From: Candidatus Bathyarchaeota archaeon
GTDB lineage: Archaea; Thermoproteota; Bathyarchaeia; Bathyarchaeales; Bathycorpusculaceae
Assembly: GCA_963806535.1 (NCBI GenBank)
Contig: CAWDYC010000009.1
Location: 1-64,000 of the forward strand
DNA length: 64,000 nucleotides
Direction: 5' to 3'
Each line of letters starts with the position of its first letter. The first letter of the stretch is position 1. The position numbers and the translations under genes were made by a program. Positions 39,098 through 50,806 of the stretch are shown here, piece by piece. The notes beneath the pieces are model-generated. The model was given only the letters and a program-made list of their open reading frames with translations. It did not search any database and was not told where the DNA came from.

Positions 39098-40435
39098 TTA
39101 CTCGTATCTTAAAGCTTCAACTGGTTTCAATTTAGATGCGCGCCAAGCAGGGTACAATGCGAAGATTACGCTTATTCCTACGCCGAAAACTAATGCACCA
39201 ACCAATACCTCTGGAGTTAGCAGCGGTGTTATTTTGAATGCGCCGCCTCCACCGAATACTCCTGAACCTAATACCCTAGCTGTTACGTTTGCCAGAATCC
39301 AGCCAAGAATTATGCCAACGACCGCGCCGATTAACCCGATTATGACTGATTCGCCGAGGAAAATTGTTAAGACTGTTCGGCTTTTCATGCCTAATGCTTT
39401 GAGTATGCCAATTTCGCGTGTGCGTTCAATTAACGATACTATCATGATGTTCATTATGCCGATTCCTGCAACTAGTAGTGAAATTGCTGCGATGCCGCCT
39501 AGGAAAAGCTGTATTGTGCTAAATACGGTCGTTAGCAAACTCAGGACTGCTGTTGACGATATGACGGAAACTTGACCGTCAAAATGATCAGTAATTGCTT
39601 TAGAGACAGTTGTTATTGTAGCGTTATCGCTGCTTTTTAGTTGAACGATAATAGAGTCACATTGGGTTGTTCCAAAAAAGCTTTCTGCTTGCGTTATTGG
39701 TATGTATACACCGTCGTCTGATGGTCCTCCGGCACCGAAGCCTCCGACTTTTTGGAGGACGCCTGAGACTTGTGCATTGTAAGTTTCGTTTATGACTGGG
39801 AGTATTGTTGCGTTAGTCCATATTATGCCAACGCTGTCACCTGCATTAAAAAACAATGTGCCGGTTTGTCCAGGATCATTTACGCGTGAACCAACAACTA
39901 TCTGGTTGTCATTGGGGTTTAATGGTATGGTTCCTGATGCTGCTATGAAAGTTTTGCTAAATTGCTGGGCATATTTGCTGAAATCTACACCGTAAATCGT
40001 AACTGTACCGTTATAGCCGCTTGTTTCAACATAGCCTGTCCTTTGAATTACAGCAAAAGAAGAGACAATATCTGGCGATAAAACATCAATTTGATCAGTA
40101 TAATTCACGTATAAGTTGAAGCCTGAGCCGCTTGAACCGCCTCCCCCTCCTAAACCCAAGCCTCCTCCGCCACCACCGCCACGTGCACCAAGACCGCCGC
40201 CTCCTCCACTTGTGGCTGAGGCTAACGCGCTGGTCCCTGAAGTAACAATTAACGTGTTGGTTGATAGTCCTTGTTGGAGAGAATTAGTTATGGTGGCTTG
40301 TAATCCCTGGGTGATTGAGAGTAGAGCCACTATGGCAGCAATTCCTATAATTACGCCTAAGGTTGTTAATGCAGCACGTAGCTTGCGAAGTCTAATTGCG
40401 CTGAATGAATAACCGAAAATATCTATTGTCTTCAT
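39098..40435 (-). CDS. MacB/FtsX-type ABC permease
   Basis: RAALTTLGVIIG, ERTREIGILKALG, YPAWRASKLKPVEALRYE. Confidence 0.93.
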   Translation of the reverse strand: MKTIDIFGYSFSAIRLRKLRAALTTLGVIIGIAAIVALLSITQGLQATITNSLQQGLSTNTLIVTSGTSALASATSGGGGGLGARGGGGGGGLGLGGGGGSSGSGFNLYVNYTDQIDVLSPDIVSSFAVIQRTGYVETSGYNGTVTIYGVDFSKYAQQFSKTFIAASGTIPLNPNDNQIVVGSRVNDPGQTGTLFFNAGDSVGIIWTNATILPVINETYNAQVSGVLQKVGGFGAGGPSDDGVYIPITQAESFFGTTQCDSIIVQLKSSDNATITTVSKAITDHFDGQVSVISSTAVLSLLTTVFSTIQLFLGGIAAISLLVAGIGIMNIMIVSLIERTREIGILKALGMKSRTVLTIFLGESVIIGLIGAVVGIILGWILANVTARVLGSGVFGGGGAFKITPLLTPEVLVGALVFGVGISVIFALYPAWRASKLKPVEALRYE

Positions 40436-41133
40436 TCTTGATTCACCGTTTCTGATATAATTTGGCCATCAAACATCTGCAGAGTTCTATTTGCTTCTCT
40501 AGCCAAATGTTGGTCATGAGTAACCATGATAATGCTAACTTTGTTTTCAACGTTAAGCTTTTTGATCAAAGCAATAACTTCATTTGCAGTTTTAGAATCA
40601 ATATTTCCAGTTGGCTCATCGAGCAGCAAAAATTTGGGGTTATTTGCTAATGCTCTTGCTACTGCGACCCTTTGCTGCTGTCCTCCACTTAGTTCAGCTG
40701 GCTTGTGGTTGATTCGATCTTTTAAGCCGACGGTTTCAAGAAGCTCTATAGCTCTTTTTGTTCTTTCTGCTTTCCCTAATTCCGCAATAGACATCGACAA
40801 TTCAACATTATCTTTCGCGGTTAATCTTGGAATTAAATTAAAAAATTGGAAAACGAACCCGATTCGCCTACGCAAATCGGCTAATTGATTGTCATTAAGT
40901 TTTAAGATGTCTACACCGTCAATCAGCATTGTTCCTGATGTTGGCTTATCGAGTGCGCCAATCAGGTTGAGCATTGTGGATTTTCCGCTTCCTGAAGGTC
41001 CAAGTATCGAGACAAAGTCTCCTGTATCAACTTTGAGGTTTACTCCTCGAAGTGCTTCAACTGGGACTTTTCCAAGCATGTAGGTTTTTTTGACGTCTAT
41101 AGCTTCTACGACAGGTAATGGCTTTGTTGACAT
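40432..41133 (-). CDS. LolD/MacB-type ABC ATPase
   Basis: GPSGSGKST, FQFFNL, LSGGQQQRVA, DEPTGN, VTHD. Confidence 0.95.
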   Translation of the reverse strand: MSTKPLPVVEAIDVKKTYMLGKVPVEALRGVNLKVDTGDFVSILGPSGSGKSTMLNLIGALDKPTSGTMLIDGVDILKLNDNQLADLRRRIGFVFQFFNLIPRLTAKDNVELSMSIAELGKAERTKRAIELLETVGLKDRINHKPAELSGGQQQRVAVARALANNPKFLLLDEPTGNIDSKTANEVIALIKKLNVENKVSIIMVTHDQHLAREANRTLQMFDGQIISETVNQE

Positions 41134-41235
41134 TTTTTTCGCACTCTATCTTCTTTTAATTTATTGGGCATATTACTCTGATATAAAGACTAGTTATGTC
41201 TGAAATGGAACCATAAAAAAGGGCGGTTCTTGCCC

Positions 41236-42082
41236 TTACTTGTTTAGGTATCTCCATGAGAGAACCACGCAAACGATTGTTACAATTATTGCGAAGGTAC
41301 CGACGTACGCAAAGTCAAGTGGGAGAGGTCCAAATCCATCGCTGAACACCATTAATCGTCTTACCGCATCGATTGTGTATGATATTGGGTTAACGCTTGC
41401 GACTGCTTGAAGCCAATTTGGCATTTGGGCAATTGGGAAGTATGCGCTGCTTGCAAACATTAGAGGTAGCGTAACTAGTTGGAAGATTGCTTGTGGCATT
41501 TCCATTCTTGTGGCTCTAAGTGTTAGCGCAGTGAAGAACGATGCTAAGCCAACACTAATCAAGAATACTATGGCGAATATTCCAAGTATGCTGTACCATG
41601 CGAAGTTGGTTCCAGTGCTGAGTCCTAAGGCGAAAGCGACTGCGGCTACAATGGCTGATTGGAAGATGGCTCGTACGCTTGCAGCTAGCACTTTTGATAG
41701 GATTATAGATGATCTTGATACTGGTGTGCTTAAGACTTTGTTCATGAAGCCTAATCGTTTGTCCCATACTACCGACATGCCTACGAATGCCGTTGTGAAT
41801 ACTACTGTGAATGCTACCATGCTCATTGACATAAATGAGAAGTAATCCGTGTGTTCCAAATGTGTGCATCATAACCTGTGTTGGGTTTATACCTGGAATG
41901 CCGCTTACGATATTGCCAAGGTTCATTGCTTTGCCAAGCAGAGCTAACCATAAAATCGGCTGGATTATTCCCATTGCTAGAACAAACGGTTGCTGATACC
42001 ATTTCTTGAGTTCTCGATTAGTTAATGCCCAGAGACCATGCATGCGACTCTTTGAAACCTGGTTTTCATCTGTTTTGCTCAT
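41236..42082 (-). CDS. ABC-2 (DrrB-like) permease (frameshift ~41855)
   Basis: ORFs 41555-42082 and 41236-41859 join; DKRLGF, LSTPVSR, P.WLQ.VA.VNP. Confidence 0.88.
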
Positions 42083-43086
42083 GCACGTGACCTCCTCATG
42101 GTCATTCTTTGCGCCATCATCGATTCTCGAGATTCTTCGGCGTCACGCATGGATTTTCCTGTATACTGCAGGTAAACTTCGTTTAAGGTTGGTTTTGTCA
42201 ATGAAAGTTTAGTTACAACATGCCCGCTTTTTCTCAATGCTTCAATAATCAATGGTGCAGTTAATTCTCCATTAGAGGACTTTATCATGTAAGAGCCGTT
42301 TTCTTTTTTGACTTCTTTAACATGCTCAATTTTGCTGATTAATTCGGTGATGTCTTCGCTTTTTTGAATACTGAGTGTTATGATGTCGCCACCCAAGCTG
42401 TCTTTCAGTTCCGTTGGACTGCCAACGACAACGATTTTTCCATGATCGATTATTGCTATGCGGTCGCAGAGCGCATCTGCTTCTTCCAAGTAGTGGGTTG
42501 TTAGAAACAAAGTCATGCCGAATTCTTTTTTGAGCATTCTAACATAGTTCCATGTTGCAGCTCGCGTTTGCACATCTAAGCCCAACGTAGGTTCATCCAA
42601 GAATAGGACTTTTGGACGGTTGATTAAGCCACATGCCAGTTCTAATCTTCTGCGCATGCCACCCGAGTAAGTTTGGACTCGTTTGTCCTTGAATGTTTGT
42701 AACTCAACTAAATTAAGAAGATCTGAAGCCCGTTTTTTTGATATTGAACGTGGAATTCCATAGAGGTCTGCGCATAAGAGAATGTTTTCAATTCCGGTTA
42801 GGTCTTCGTCTGCTGTGTACTCTTGCGGGACAACTCCGATTGCGGCTCGTACGTCCATGCTTTGTTTTGCAATGTCCCCTCCGAGAATGGTGGCTTTTCC
42901 GTCAGTTGGTTTTGTGACTGTTATCAGCATGCTTATGGTTGTGGTTTTTCCAGCTCCGTTAGGCCCAAGGAAACCAAAGATTTCTCCTCGGTTGACGCTG
43001 AAGTTAATATGATCGACGGCAGTTAGGCTGTGGTTGTAAACTTTAGTTAATCCTTCAACTTTTATGACTTCTTCATTTTTACTCAT
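42079..43086 (-). CDS. DrrA-like ABC ATPase
   Basis: GPNGAGKTT, YSGGMRRRLE, DEPTLGLD, TTHY. Confidence 0.95.
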   Translation of the reverse strand: MSKNEEVIKVEGLTKVYNHSLTAVDHINFSVNRGEIFGFLGPNGAGKTTTISMLITVTKPTDGKATILGGDIAKQSMDVRAAIGVVPQEYTADEDLTGIENILLCADLYGIPRSISKKRASDLLNLVELQTFKDKRVQTYSGGMRRRLELACGLINRPKVLFLDEPTLGLDVQTRAATWNYVRMLKKEFGMTLFLTTHYLEEADALCDRIAIIDHGKIVVVGSPTELKDSLGGDIITLSIQKSEDITELISKIEHVKEVKKENGSYMIKSSNGELTAPLIIEALRKSGHVVTKLSLTKPTLNEVYLQYTGKSMRDAEESRESMMAQRMTMRRSRA

Positions 43087-43696
43087 TCACATTTTCACCA
43101 GACATTTTGCTCCTAATTTCTTCAAGTTTCGCTGAGGCTTCATCAAGCACCTTTAGGGCTTCATCTAATTGCTTTTCGGAGTAGTTTTGTTTCAAGGCTT
43201 TTGACAATTTAATTGATGAGATAAAGAGGCGTTTCATTGAACCTCGAATTTGTTTTGTTTTTTCCTCAGGGATATTTCCAAAGAACGTATCAAAGAAAGG
43301 ACTTGCCAGAAAGCCTGAGTCTTGTGTGAATTTTTCTCTGATTTTTGTCTGTTCTTCAAAAAAGTCTTTTCCGGTTTGGGTTAATTCATAGCGTTTAAAT
43401 CCATTTTCGGTAGGAAGTTCTTTTACGTAGGTGTTATCTTGGAGCCACGCAAGAAGGGGGTAGATTGATCCTGGGCTGGGTTTCCACGTTCCGCCTGTGT
43501 GTTCTTGGATTTCATCCATGAGTTCTGAGCCAGACATCGCTTTTTCGTTTAGCGCTTCAAGAACGTGGTAACGTAGGAATCCTTTTGGGACCATGGCGTT
43601 GTGGCGTAGCCAGTTTCGCCTGTGGAACATCATGTGTTTTTCTTCACGAAGTTGATGTTTAATTTCTTTCTTTTCTTCTCTTTCTTCTTTATCCAT
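43079..43696 (-). CDS. PadR family transcriptional regulator
   Basis: LR..VL..L...MSGSELM...WKPSPGSIYPLL, YELT..G. Confidence 0.92.
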   Translation of the reverse strand: MDKEEREEKKEIKHQLREEKHMMFHRRNWLRHNAMVPKGFLRYHVLEALNEKAMSGSELMDEIQEHTGGTWKPSPGSIYPLLAWLQDNTYVKELPTENGFKRYELTQTGKDFFEEQTKIREKFTQDSGFLASPFFDTFFGNIPEEKTKQIRGSMKRLFISSIKLSKALKQNYSEKQLDEALKVLDEASAKLEEIRSKMSGENVNE

Positions 43697-43698
43697 AC

Positions 43699-43756
43699 CA
43701 TATCACTATTGATATCGTTATTGATGTCAAATGCGATATCGAATGTGATATTTAAA
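43699..43756 (-). promoter_or_regulatory. padR promoter: five GATATC-like boxes at 12-bp spacing, overlapping a TATA box (TTTAAATA)
   Basis: catatc 43699, gatatc 43711, gatgtc 43723, gatatc 43735, gatatt 43747; TATA on the minus strand at 43749-43756. Confidence 0.7.
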
Positions 43757-43825
43757 TTTATTGCTGTTATTAATCACAAATACTCGAAGAGAAAGATTTC
43801 TTTTAAAAAAAATTGATAAAGATGA

Positions 43826-46800
43826 TTATGAGGTGTCTTTTTGTTTACTTAAAACTGGAAATTTGAGGGTGAATTTTGTGCCATCCCCTTTTTTGCTTTC
43901 AAAAGTTACAGTTCCACCCATCACTTCAGTTAATTTCTTAACCACCGCTAAACCGAAGCCTTGCCCTTTCGACTTCGTAGTGAATAATGGAGTGAAAATT
44001 TTGGGTTTAATCTCTTCGGGGATTCCAACTCCAGAATCTGCAACGCTGATTAACGCTATATCCTCTTGGCAAGAAACACTAACGGCTAATTTTCCTCCGT
44101 TAGGCATTGCTTGAACAGCATTTGTAATCAAATTTGTTAGAATCCTCTTTAAATAAAAATCGTCCAATGTGAGAATAGGGCATTCTTTATCAAGAGAATA
44201 GGCGATTTCTATGTTATCAGGAATGTGAGTCACTTTTAGTATTTCTTTAATCATTTTATTTGCGTCAATTTTTACCATATGAGGTAATGTGGTTCGTGCG
44301 TAGTCTTGTAGGTCAGATACAATTTTGTTGATGTATTCAACATTTCGTCCTATCTCGTCCAAACTCTCAAAGGTATTCTTTTTTTCTTGGCTATCAGGAT
44401 AAGAAGCCATGTCTGCCTTTGCCAAATAGATATCGCTAGTTATAGCTTGCAAAGGGTTGCGTATGTCGTGTCCAACCATTCCTGCAGTTTTACCAATAGT
44501 GGCTAAGGTTTCAGATTGGGCTAGCTTTTCCGCTTGCTCCTTTACTTGATGTGCTAAAGTCTTTATTTCACTGATATCTACAAATGACAAGATTGCCCCG
44601 CCAATTTTTTTTTCTTCAGTCATGAACGGGCGTAGACGCATTTGGTACCATCGGTCTTTTCCAGCATTGATTTCTGCCCTTACAACCTCATTCTTGTTAA
44701 TTACATTTAAAAGTGGCTTTTCCAAGTCTTCCGCCGGAATCCCCAAACGAATTCCTACAATTGAATGCCCGACATCTTCAGATGTAATTCTCAAAAGTTC
44801 TTGAGCTGAAGCCGTGAAACGTTTAATCTTAAAATCTTTGCCTACAATAACCACTGCAGTATCAACATTGCTCATCAAGTTAGCTAAGTCTTCGTTCAAT
44901 TCTTTGAGCATCTGATTTCGTTGTTTAAGTTCATCATTTAGGGTTGTCATCTCTTCGTTCGCTGACTGCAGTTCTTCCTTAGAAGTCTCTAATTCTTCAT
45001 TTGTGCTCATTAATTCTTCGTTGCTTGACTGTGCTTCTTCATTGGCTGAACGTAGCTCTTCATTTATCGCTTCTTGCTGTTCAATAACGCTTCGCAATGT
45101 TTGCTTAGTCGATTCTAAATCATCACTTAGCTCTTTTATTTGTTGATCTTTAACTGCCATTACTTTGTTGCTTGGAGATGCTGCCTTGGCAGTTTGCCCA
45201 TCAACTGGATATTTTTCTCTTTCCTCGAATAGAATTAAGAAGAAGGGCTCTTCATAATTTAATAACTTCAAAGGTTTAACTTCAAGGATAATTGTTTTAG
45301 CGCGTCCTTCAAATTCAATCTGGAAGATTTCCTTCACGTCTTTTCCTGCTTTTTTTGCTCTATATAATGCGGTTTGAACAGCCGGCCGAATTTCTTTTCG
45401 CACTAGTTTAGATATGCTGAAACTTGGAGTTCCTTCCTCTATTGAAACATAAGGATTAACTTGTCCACGAATGGCAAGGATATCCGAATTATTATTAACT
45501 AATAATGATGCAGGAGCAAACTGCGTTAAAAGTAATTGATCAACTTCATCTTTCAATAAAGTTTGAGAATCATCCTTTTTAGGCAGTTTTTGAGCTATAA
45601 ATTCTCTAAAAAGGAAATTAGGTGCTTGCGCAGGAAATTCGACTTTGGGTTGACCTATTTTTTTCCTAAAGATTACGCCTCTCTTAGTTACTTGCTCAAA
45701 CGAGCTCACGAATTTGCCTACACTTTCCGATTCGCCTAGAACGAGATATCCATTTGGTTTTAAGGCGTAATTAATGGTGGCCATTATTCTTTCCTGGGGA
45801 GAAGGCTCAAGGTAAATAAGTAAATTGCGACAGACAATTAAGTCCATGTTAGAGAAAGGGGGGTCTTGGGTGATGTCGTGTTTTGCAAAAACACATTTGT
45901 CTCGAATTCTCTTGATTACTTGATAGTTTCCATTTGAACTGGTGAAAAACCGTTTCAACCGCTCTTCGGAGACGCTGTTTGCAATGGTTTTAAGATAGAT
46001 ACCTCGACGGACCTTCTCGATGTTTTTTGAATTAACGTCTGTTCCGAAAATCAATATTTGAAGATCCAAGCTTTTTCGCTCTATGAATTCTGTTAGAGCC
46101 ATAGCTATTGAATAGACTTCTTCACCTGTTGAGCAGCCGGGAATCCACACCCTTATCGCTTGGTTGGAATCCTTTTTCTCAGCTAGTTCTGGAAAGACTT
46201 TTTCATTTAAAGCTGAGAAAGCGTTTGGTTCCCTGAAGAAGTCCGTTACATTTATCAGCATATCATCAAAAAGTGCTTGTTGCTCCACAGGGTGCTTCCG
46301 TAAAAATGCTACATATTTGACTTAATGTTTCAATGTTATTTAAGATCATTCGACGGCTAATCCGTCGGTTGATCGTTGTTTTTTTGTAGTTTGCAAAATT
46401 GACGCCAAACGAACCCTTAAGTAAAGAGAATATTGTTTGTAGATCATTTTCGCTTTCTTGAGGTTTGGATTCTTCTACCCCAATTTTTTGACGAGCGATC
46501 TCTGGGTGCTTTGCAATGCTGCATAGTTCTTCGGCAATCTTCTCCGGAGAAAGCACGAAGTCTACAGCATCTGCGTTCATTGCACTTTTGGGCATGTCAG
46601 AGTATTGGGCTGAACTGGGTTCTTGAGCGAATGTGATTCCTCCTTCAGCTTTAATTGCCTTCAACCCTTCGGTTCCATCATTCCCAGTTCCCGAAAGTAC
46701 TATTCCCATGGCATGTGTTTTCCGTTCTAATGATAAAGAACACAAAAACGCATCAATGGGTTTAAGATAAAGTCCCTTTGGCTGAAGCTTGATACGACCG

Positions 46801-47111
46801 TTATCGATTGTGATAATTTTTCCAGCGGGAATTACGTAAACTTGGTTTGGTTCAATTTGCATTCCACCTTCGATTTTATTAACGGGCATATGGGTGAAAC
46901 GAGAAAGAATTTCTGGCAGCATACTTTCCTGGTTTGTTGCAAGATGTTGAATGATTACAAATCCTAAGCCAGTATCTTGACGTAAGTTTTCAAGCAGCTT
47001 TCTAATAGCCTCTAAGCCACCAGCAGAAGCACCTATACCAGCAATTGGAAAGACGCGTTCAGTCGGGTTAGTAAGAACTTTTTTTTCTTGCATTTCTTTG
47101 GGTTCTTTCAA
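43826..47111 (-). CDS. CheB-CheR-PAS-histidine kinase fusion (frameshift ~46270-46320)
   Basis: CheB GASAGG/IQH/GTGNDG; CheR INVTDFFRE, PGCSTGEE, CRNLLIY; EELxSxNEE coiled coil; PAS; HDIRNPL, N box, DSGVG, FTTK..G.GFGL. Confidence 0.9.
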
Positions 47112-47247
47112 AAAAATTCCTTGTTAAGCTATCAAATAAGTTGTACGCACACTTAGAAGATAGGTGCGAGCGCTAAGGATATATCACTTTTGGCAAACAT
47201 TTAAGTTTTGGCTTGCAGCACATATCGCAAAAATTAAGATAAAAAAA

Positions 47248-47922
47248 TTAACTAATTGTGGTACCTACATTCTTGCCTTCGATCGCAGCCAAAATGTTTT
47301 GAGGCTTAAATCCATTAACAACGATCAACTTTAACTTTTTGCGCTTCAGAACCTTAATAGCTTCTGGATCAATAATTTGATGTATCCCTGCTTTGTGCAC
47401 GCTTTCTTCAAAAACTTTGGGTAAATCATCAAAACCTAAATAATCCAGCTTAACTGCGTCTGAATGTTTTCTTGGATCTTTGTTGTAAACGCCATCTTGA
47501 TCGGTGCCTTTAACCAGCAAATCAGCATTAACCCGTTCAGCAACTAACGCTGCAACTGCATCCGTGGTGATTCCGGGTTTTAAGCCTCCCATAACGACAA
47601 TTTTGCCTTCAGATAGGCAAGCTTCGGCATCATCGAGAGTTATGGCAACTTTGCTGCATCCTACATCGCCAATTTTTTTAAGGAAAAGCTGAGCAAACAG
47701 TCTTGAACAGGAAATGGCTATCTCATCTTGAGCTTGCATCTCAAGATCCAAGTCTTTGGCAATTTTGATAAATTCCCTTGCTAACGCGCCGCCTCCTACC
47801 ACCACGGCAACTTCATGACCTTGAGCTTTCACAATTTTTATTAAGTCAGCATATTCGCTCATCAACTTAGTATTAATTGGTGATGCTACTACTGAGCCGC
47901 CTATCCGAACGACTAAACGCAT
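47248..47922 (-). CDS. pyrH: Uridylate kinase (archaeal type)
   Basis: IGGSV, VVGGG..AR, GG.KPG.TTDAVAA, DGVY.KDP, IDP.A. Confidence 0.93.
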   Translation of the reverse strand: MRLVVRIGGSVVASPINTKLMSEYADLIKIVKAQGHEVAVVVGGGALAREFIKIAKDLDLEMQAQDEIAISCSRLFAQLFLKKIGDVGCSKVAITLDDAEACLSEGKIVVMGGLKPGITTDAVAALVAERVNADLLVKGTDQDGVYNKDPRKHSDAVKLDYLGFDDLPKVFEESVHKAGIHQIIDPEAIKVLKRKKLKLIVVNGFKPQNILAAIEGKNVGTTIS

Positions 47923-48015
47923 AATTTAACCATCCAACACTCGAACAATACAGCTTTAAAGTTAAAAATCTTTAACACCCAAGGGAACAATAAAACGGCT
48001 AAATGACAAAACAAG

Positions 48016-48937
48016 TTGACATTTACCGAAAGTTTTCAAGTTGAAGCATTGACACCTTTCAACTTGACTTAACCGCTCACATATTTAGCAGCGACCACAC
48101 ACAAATCCGGAGCTACGCAAATGGCAAATTCAGCCAAGTCCTAAAAATTAATGGCCAACTTGAACTGATCCAATTAACCCCCGCGGGAATAGTTGACCAA
48201 CCCAAAATAAGCGTCAAAATCAAATCAAACAGACCTATAACATCGCAAAACAAGCAAAAAACTAAGGAAACAATCAAATTCATTTTCAACTTAGATCTTA
48301 ACCTCAACTCCTTTTACAATGAAATCAAAAATGATCACATAATGCATAAAATAGCTCAGCAACTTTATGGGCTAAAGAATCCGACAACTCCCACTGTTTT
48401 TGAAGCTTTGATGGATTCCATTGTTGAGCAACAAATTTCCCTCAAAGTAGCACAATCCATAGAGGTCAGGTTAATCAAAGAATTTGGCGAAACGCTGACT
48501 TTAGACGCCGAAATCTACTATATTTATCCAACACCCCAAACCATAGCCAAAGTTAAAGTTAGCGAATTAAAAATCTGTGGATTAAGTGAGCAGAAAGCCC
48601 AATATCTTCAAGGAGCAGCTCAATTAATTGTTCAAGGTAAATTAGACCTTGAAAAACTAAAAACAAAACAAAGCACTGCGGAAATTCTCTTCGACCTCGA
48701 TGCAATCAGGGCATTGGGGTTTGGACAGCTGAATTAACTATGCTGAGAGGTATGCAGAAGCTGGATGCCTTGCCAGCGGATGATTTAGGCCTCAGACGGG
48801 TAATTTCAAACTACTATTGTGGAGGAAAATCAATAAGCGCCGGAGAGGCGAATGAAATTGCTCAAGCATGGGGACGATGGAAGGGGCTGGCTGCTTTTTA
48901 CCTAATAATTGCGGAGATTAAAGGAATTAAGGTTTAA
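48016..48937 (+). CDS. alkA: AlkA-type DNA-3-methyladenine glycosylase (two or more frameshifts)
   Basis: PFN.DL N-terminus, FEAL..SIVEQQIS, GLS..KA, HhH G.G.WTAE, P.DDLGL, W..W.G.AA.YL. Confidence 0.85.
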
Positions 48938-48942
48938 CCAGA

Positions 48943-49776
48943 TTATCCTGTTAACCGTTTTTTCATTAGGTTAATGCTTAGAATAAAGAAGAATAATGTT
49001 ACTAGTATTATCCACACTAAACTCACAAGTATTAACATTGCAGGGTTTAACCCGAGAATTGGCTCAAGTTTCCCCGAAATAAGTCCTCGAGTAATGTTCA
49101 CTACATGCGTTAGTGGCAGAACAGCCATGGCGATACCCTGAGCTGCAGAAGGCAAAGATGTCAAAGGGAAGAATGTGCCGGATAAGAAGAACATTGGCGT
49201 CAAAAACAAAAATGAAGGAAAATTGAAGAAGTCAATGTTTGGTGCAATTGACGTGAAGCACATGGCGATGGATGCAAACATTAATCCGCCGAAAAACGCA
49301 AATGGGATAACGAGTAGGAATAGCGGGGTTGAAATTAATCCGAACGCTGCAACCACTGCCAACACGATTGTTGTGTTGATAGTTGCTCTTGTTGCTCCCC
49401 AAAGAAGTTCACCCGCAACGACTTCTTCAACACTCACGGGTGTGGCAACGATGGCGTCGAAGGTTTTTTGGAAGTACATACGTACGAATGATGCAAAGGT
49501 GCATTCGAAAAATGAGCCGTTCATGACAGAAATCGCTACCAATGCGGGTGCGATGAAGCTTATGTATGATTGGCCTCTGATGCTTGGGATGAATCCGCCG
49601 AGGCCAAAGCCGAATGCCACCAGGTAGAGTATGGGTTCGAGAAGTGAAGGTATGAAGTTGACAACTATGGTTTTTGTGAAGACATCAAAGTTTCGTCTCC
49701 ATACCGTCCAGACTCTGTAAGTTAATTTTGGTATTGCGAAACGTGCAGGCGACTTGCGAAGGTTGAGGGTGGTCAT
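48943..49776 (-). CDS. NodJ-like ABC-2 permease
   Basis: VWRRN, EPILYL.AFG.GLG, RMYFQKTFDAI.ATP, GELLW, SGTFFP. Confidence 0.9.
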   Translation of the reverse strand: MTTLNLRKSPARFAIPKLTYRVWTVWRRNFDVFTKTIVVNFIPSLLEPILYLVAFGFGLGGFIPSIRGQSYISFIAPALVAISVMNGSFFECTFASFVRMYFQKTFDAIVATPVSVEEVVAGELLWGATRATINTTIVLAVVAAFGLISTPLFLLVIPFAFFGGLMFASIAMCFTSIAPNIDFFNFPSFLFLTPMFFLSGTFFPLTSLPSAAQGIAMAVLPLTHVVNITRGLISGKLEPILGLNPAMLILVSLVWIILVTLFFFILSINLMKKRLTG

Positions 49777-50699
49777 TCTTCTCTGAGGCCTCTTCCTGTC
49801 AATTTAAGGAAAACATCTTCAAGATTTGTCGTGCGTATGGTCACATTTTGCATGGGATGTTCTTTTAGATAGCCTTCAAAAACGCCATGCGGTTCATCAG
49901 TGAAGATTTGTAGCCGTTCGCCTAGATGCTCAAAATCTGCGCCTGGAAAAGCCTCTTTCAAACTGGGAAGCAGTTTCTCGTCATAATCAACTTCTAAAAC
50001 CTCTTCGCCAACATGTTTCTTTACCAGTTCAGATGGCTTGCCTTCCTCTATGATTTTTCCTTTATCAACAATTAATATACGGTCGCACAGAACAGCGGCT
50101 TCATCCATGTAATGAGTGGTTAAAATTATCGTGACTTGCTTTTTCTTTAAGTTGCGTACTTCGTCCCATGCTAAGTGCCGGGCTTGAGGATCTAATCCGG
50201 TGGTGGGTTCATCTAAAAGAAGGATTTGAGGTTGATTTATTAGAGCTCGCGCAAAAATTAGGCGCCGCTTCATGCCTCCTGACAGGGCAGCGATGGGTAC
50301 ATCTTTTTTTTCTTCAAGTTGGAAAAACTTTAGCTGCTCATTTGCCCTTTTGATTGCTTCGTCTTTTGGAATGTCAAAGTAGCGGCAATAAACCGTTAGG
50401 TTTTTTATAACTGTGAAATCTGGGTCTAAATTGTCCTCTTGAGGCGCTACGCCAACAATGCTTTTTATTTCTCGGCATTGTTTGTTAACGCTAAATCCAG
50501 CTACTTTAAGTTCGCCTGATGTTGGAGGCAGAAAGCAGTAAATCATGCGTACAGTGGTCGTTTTGCCGGCGCCGTTGGGACCCAAAAAACCTACGCATTC
50601 ACCTTTGTAAACTTTGAAATCTATTTGGTCTACTGCTGTAACGTCATCAAATTTCTTGGTTAGCCCCTGGGCTTCAATTAGAACTTCTGGAGAAGTCAT
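49773..50699 (-). CDS. NodI-like ABC ATPase
   Basis: GPNGAGKTT, PQEDNLDPDF, LSGGMKRRL, DEPTTGLDPQARH. Confidence 0.93.
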   Translation of the reverse strand: MTSPEVLIEAQGLTKKFDDVTAVDQIDFKVYKGECVGFLGPNGAGKTTTVRMIYCFLPPTSGELKVAGFSVNKQCREIKSIVGVAPQEDNLDPDFTVIKNLTVYCRYFDIPKDEAIKRANEQLKFFQLEEKKDVPIAALSGGMKRRLIFARALINQPQILLLDEPTTGLDPQARHLAWDEVRNLKKKQVTIILTTHYMDEAAVLCDRILIVDKGKIIEEGKPSELVKKHVGEEVLEVDYDEKLLPSLKEAFPGADFEHLGERLQIFTDEPHGVFEGYLKEHPMQNVTIRTTNLEDVFLKLTGRGLREE

Positions 50700-50806
50700 G
50701 AAATAACCAAAATAAAGGTTGCATCGTGAAACTTAAAATTAACTGCTCTGATATTTTAACCGTTTAAAAACTATATTTATAGAAACGATAGTCGGCAAAT
50801 CCGAAC

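Noticed and set aside
40116-40230. Poly-Gly tract in the ABC permease and its poly-Pro antisense ORF
   Set aside because: Gly-rich loops are common at this position in MacB-like permeases; the antisense ORF is a shadow.
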